Positions 44,795 through 48,203 of a stretch of DNA of 48,203 nt are shown piece by piece. This DNA is from Glaciihabitans sp. (GTDB lineage: Bacteria; Actinomycetota; Actinomycetes; Actinomycetales; Microbacteriaceae), in the NCBI GenBank assembly GCA_017882805.1, contig JADGOT010000254.1:1-48203 (forward strand), given 5' to 3'. The stretch's first letter is position 1, and each line of letters starts with the position of its first letter. Under the pieces are notes generated by a model that did not search any database, had not been told where the DNA came from, and was given only the letters and a program-made list of their open reading frames with translations. The position numbers and the translations under genes are program-made.

Positions 44795-45531
44795 TCGCGG
44801 CACTGCGAACAGAGTTCATGAAGCTGCGCACGGTACGCGGTCCATGGCTTCTACTCGCTGCCGGACTTCTCATCGTGGTTGCCGGCATCAGCGGTCTCGT
44901 GATCTCGGGTGGCAACCTGAAGTCTCCGGCCACCCAGAGCGCGGCGGTTGCTCATCTCGGCATCGCCGCGATCGTGAGCCTGGTGTTCGGGATACTCGCC
45001 GTCGCGGGCGAATACCGCTCACGCACGATCAGCGACACGTTCCTGTCATCGCCGAGGCGCGGCCGGATCGTCGCCGCGAAACTGATCGTCTACGCCGCCA
45101 TCGGTGCGGTCGTGGGCGTGGTTGGCGCTGCCCTCGCAGTGGCCACGGCATCCATTTGGTGGGGTGCGAAGGGAGCCGACTTCGATCTTGGCAACGCGGA
45201 TATGTGGCACACGATTATCGGCGGGATAGTGGCCAACGCGCTCTACGCGGCGATCGGAGTTGGCTTGGGCGCGCTTCTGCGCACTCTCACGGCAGCCATC
45301 ATTGTCGCCGTGGGCTGGATCGCCGTGGTCGAGGGAATCGTTGGGCAGTTGATCGGCACCGACCTCGCCAAGTGGCTTCCGTTCACCGCAGGACGCGCTC
45401 TTGCGCTTGCGGCCGGTGGGGGTGACACAGGACTCCTGTCTCGCGGTGCCGGTGGAATCGTCGTGGCAGCGTATGCCGCGGTGTTCGCAGCCGTCGCCGT
45501 GTTCAGTACGCTGAAGCGAGATGTCACCTAG
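44791..45531 (+). CDS. ABC-2 transporter permease
   Basis: TEFMKLRT, GEYRSRTI..TF, PRR..AAK and WLPF motifs with six TM helices. ATGA overlap with the upstream gene. Confidence 0.9.
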   Translation: MIAALRTEFMKLRTVRGPWLLLAAGLLIVVAGISGLVISGGNLKSPATQSAAVAHLGIAAIVSLVFGILAVAGEYRSRTISDTFLSSPRRGRIVAAKLIVYAAIGAVVGVVGAALAVATASIWWGAKGADFDLGNADMWHTIIGGIVANALYAAIGVGLGALLRTLTAAIIVAVGWIAVVEGIVGQLIGTDLAKWLPFTAGRALALAAGGGDTGLLSRGAGGIVVAAYAAVFAAVAVFSTLKRDVT

Positions 45532-46147
45532 ACGACCGGCAGTGCTGCGCGACGGCGGGACCCAGACTCTTCACGAGATCCTGGTTTCCGCCGCCGCGCG
45601 GCTCATCGCGCTCCACGGCACCGTGGGGTTGACCGTTCGCGGTATCGCGACCGAAGCCGGCGTTGCCCAGGGAGTGCTCTACAACCACTTCGACGACCGC
45701 GAAGAGGTCGTCGCCCTCGCGCTGCACTCCTATGTGCAGAGCGTTATGCACGACGTCGAACTGCCGGTTGCAGGGAGCGGGACGGTCGAGGGAAATCTTC
45801 GCATCTACCTCGAGTTCGGACTGACCACACTGGCGCGAATACTTCCCGCCTTTGGCGGAGTCATCGGCCAGCCAAAGATCATGGCTCGATTCGTCGACCA
45901 CTTCAGCGCCCATTTGAGTGGTGGCGTACCTGAGCTGTTTGGCAACTACCTCCGCGCGGAACAGAAGCTCGGCCGGATAGCCGCGGACGTCGACGTGGAT
46001 GCGACCGCAGTGCTCATCGTCGGTGCCTGCCATAGTGAGGCACTGCCGGGACTGTTCCGGGGGCAACCTGACCCGTATCCGATTATCCGACCCGAATTTG
46101 TCGACGGTCTTGCGCGAACCATAATGAACGGCATCGCGCCTAGGTGA
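45521..46147 (+). CDS. TetR/AcrR-family regulator
   Basis: HTH LTVRGIATEAGVAQGVLYNHFDDRE. It overlaps the 3' end of rbfA by 8 bp. Confidence 0.9.
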   Translation: MSPRRPAVLRDGGTQTLHEILVSAAARLIALHGTVGLTVRGIATEAGVAQGVLYNHFDDREEVVALALHSYVQSVMHDVELPVAGSGTVEGNLRIYLEFGLTTLARILPAFGGVIGQPKIMARFVDHFSAHLSGGVPELFGNYLRAEQKLGRIAADVDVDATAVLIVGACHSEALPGLFRGQPDPYPIIRPEFVDGLARTIMNGIAPR

Positions 46148-46622
46148 GGGTGTCTTCGTCGCCCTCGTCGAAGTCGTCGTCATCCTCGTCAGCAGCACCG
46201 ATCACTCTTGGCTTGACGTAGGGATCTTCATCGCCGGCGTACTTCGCGGTGGCGCCCAGCGCGGCAACCTCGGTGTCACGGTTGTGCGCCTCGGTGAGCA
46301 GCGAATCGATGAGCGCCGCGTTCTCGGGAATCCCGTCCGCAATGAATTCGAGGGACGGCGTGAGTCGCGCGGTGATGTTCTTGCCGACCTCGCTGCGGAG
46401 CATGCCAGTCGCCGACTTGAGTGCCGCCGCGCTGTCTGCACGCTCCTCATCCGTTCCGTAGACGGTGTAAAACACGGAGGCGTGCTGGAGGTCGCCCGTA
46501 ACGCGGACGTCGGTGATCGTGACGAACCCGAGCCGCGGATCCTTGATCCCGCGTTCGAGCCGCTTGGCAATGATGACCTGGATGCGGTCCGCCATTTTCG
46601 CGGCCCGTGCTGCGTCTGCCAT
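46140..46622 (-). CDS. rbfA: Ribosome-binding factor A
   Basis: IKDPRLGFVTITDVRVTGDL, R.TP.LEF and AGDEDPY motifs. SD AAGGAG. Confidence 0.96.
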   Translation of the reverse strand: MADAARAAKMADRIQVIIAKRLERGIKDPRLGFVTITDVRVTGDLQHASVFYTVYGTDEERADSAAALKSATGMLRSEVGKNITARLTPSLEFIADGIPENAALIDSLLTEAHNRDTEVAALGATAKYAGDEDPYVKPRVIGAADEDDDDFDEGDEDTLT

Positions 46623-46648
46623 GGGTACTGCTCCTTTTGAACCGACTC

Positions 46649-46684
46649 GGATCGAGCTCGTCGAGATCTCGACAAGCTCGATCC
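46649..46684. repeat. 36-bp near-perfect palindrome (REP-like doublet) between infB and rbfA
   Basis: GGATCGAGCTCGTCGAGA|TCTCGACAAGCTCGATCC, with one mismatch and no spacer. Confidence 0.88.
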
Positions 46685-46698
46685 AAGGAAGGTACTAA

Positions 46699-48203
46699 CT
46701 AAACGCGGGGCTTTTCTTTGAGCTCGATCGTCTCGATCTCGTCGCCGATCTGGATGTCGTTGAACTTGCCAAGCCCGATACCGGCTTCGAAGTCCGTGCG
46801 GACCTCGCTGACGTCATCCTTGAACCGGCGAAGCGACTCGATGGCCAGGTTGTCTCCGACGACGATGCCGTCGCGGATGACCCGGGCCTTCGCGTTTCGC
46901 GTGATCGTTCCCGACCGCACGATGACACCGGCGACGTTTCCGAACTTCGACGAGGAGAAGACCTCGCGAATCTCGGCAACACCAGACTGAACCTCTTCGA
47001 ACTCCGGCTTGAGCATGCCCTTGAGGGAGTTCTCGATGTCTTCGAGCGCTGCGTAGATGACCGAGTAGAACCGAACATCCACACCTTCACGGGCGGCACG
47101 CTCGCGCGCCTTGGTGTCGGGGCGAACGTTGAATCCGATGATGATCGCGTTGTCGACCGTTGCGAGGTTGACGTCGCTCTCGGTGACCGCACCAACACCA
47201 CGGTGGATGATGCGCAGGGCGACCGAGTCATCAACATCGATCTTGAGCAGCGACTCTTCGAGTGCCTCGACAGCACCGGAAACGTCACCCTTGATGATGA
47301 GGTTGAGTGCGTCGACCTTGCCCTCTTCGAGTGCGCGAGTGAAGTCCTCGAGCGAGATGCGCTTGCGGGCACGTGCCAGCTGAGCGTTACGCTCGACCGC
47401 TTCACGCTTTTCGGCGATCTGGCGGGCGGTGCGGTCATCCTCGATCACAAGGAAGGTGTCGCCTGCTCGTGGCACGCTCGACAGTCCCTGTACCTGAACG
47501 GGTCGCGCGGGCCAGGCCTCGAGAACGGCTGTGCCGTCCTCGTCGGTCATTGCCCGAACCTTGCCGTATGCGGTACCCGCGACGATCGAGTCGCCGACAC
47601 GCAGCGTTCCCGACTGGATGAGCACGGTTGCGACTGCGCCGCGTCCCTTGTCGAGTCGCGCCTCAATGGCGACACCGCGAGCGTCCTTGTTGGGGTTTGC
47701 ACGAAGGTCGAGGCCAGCGTCTGCGGTGAGCAGCACGGCGTCGAGCAGCTTGTCGATGCCGATGTTGCCGAGTGCGGACACGTCGACGAACATCGTCTCT
47801 CCGCCGTACTCCTCCGCCACGAGACCGAATTCTGTGAGCTGCTGGCGAACCTTTGCCGGGTTCGCGCCCTCCTTATCGATCTTATTGACGGCGACCACGA
47901 TCGGAACGCCTGCGGCCTGCGCGTGGTTGAGCGCCTCAACGGTCTGCGGCATGATGCCGTCGTCCGCCGCGACAACCAGGATTGCGATATCGGTGACCTG
48001 CGCACCACGGGCACGCATGGCGGTGAACGCCTCGTGGCCCGGTGTGTCGATGAAGGTGATGGCGCGCTCGATGCCCTCGTGCTCGGTCCAGACCTGGTAC
48101 GCACCGATGTGCTGCGTAATTCCGCCTGCCTCGCCCGCGACAACGTTGGCCTTGCGGATGGCGTCGAGGAGCTTGGTCTTACCGTGGTCGACGTGACCCA
48201 TGA
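46699..48203 (-). CDS. infB: Translation initiation factor IF-2 (5' part outside the window)
   Basis: [37 protein letters not shown] and SLRRFKDDV motifs. Confidence 0.98.
   Translation of the reverse strand, partial: MGHVDHGKTKLLDAIRKANVVAGEAGGITQHIGAYQVWTEHEGIERAITFIDTPGHEAFTAMRARGAQVTDIAILVVAADDGIMPQTVEALNHAQAAGVPIVVAVNKIDKEGANPAKVRQQLTEFGLVAEEYGGETMFVDVSALGNIGIDKLLDAVLLTADAGLDLRANPNKDARGVAIEARLDKGRGAVATVLIQSGTLRVGDSIVAGTAYGKVRAMTDEDGTAVLEAWPARPVQVQGLSSVPRAGDTFLVIEDDRTARQIAEKREAVERNAQLARARKRISLEDFTRALEEGKVDALNLIIKGDVSGAVEALEESLLKIDVDDSVALRIIHRGVGAVTESDVNLATVDNAIIIGFNVRPDTKARERAAREGVDVRFYSVIYAALEDIENSLKGMLKPEFEEVQSGVAEIREVFSSSKFGNVAGVIVRSGTITRNAKARVIRDGIVVGDNLAIESLRRFKDDVSEVRTDFEAGIGLGKFNDIQIGDEIETIELKEKPRV

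Noticed and set aside
36910-46139. Genomic island or prophage between rbfA and truB
   Set aside because: I see no integrase, transposase, att-like repeats or obvious compositional shift, and the segment includes core genes such as mutY.

Overview
High-GC actinobacterial chromosomal window. Gene order and intergenic palindromes suggest Microbacteriaceae, which is an inference. It holds about 43 protein-coding genes, mostly core or semi-core: helD, ada-alkA, aspA, pit, two DUF2510 membrane paralogues, a class IV aminotransferase, maltokinase, DksA/TraR, cpdA convergent with cpsY (Stealth), a SNF2 helicase, deoC with two ALDH genes, ROK, ribF, truB, a TetR/MFS pair, panE, mutY, an RNB nuclease, an ABC/TetR operon, rbfA and the 3' part of infB. 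I see no rRNA, tRNA, CRISPR array, integrase or transposase. The most interesting signals are regulatory or structural. (1) A candidate C-loop (6C-like) small RNA has two C-tracts complementary to G-tracts in the long structured leader of a DUF2510 gene 4 kb away. (2) A leaderless 7-codon mini-ORF, apparently created by duplication of the start region, is coupled to the ROK gene. (3) An apparent split ALDH16-type two-subunit dehydrogenase follows deoC. (4) Several probable pseudo-enzymes are present (Cys-less AhpD-like, degenerate quinone oxidoreductase, JAB/RadC-like fold lacking its metal ligands). (5) Leaderless promoters are common, including a 22-bp bidirectional one and -10 boxes that reuse upstream stop codons. 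(6) PafBC-type and SigH/SigR-type promoters are present. (7) There are many 13-28 bp tandem duplications at gene termini. All family calls come from motif recognition by eye; no database searches were run.
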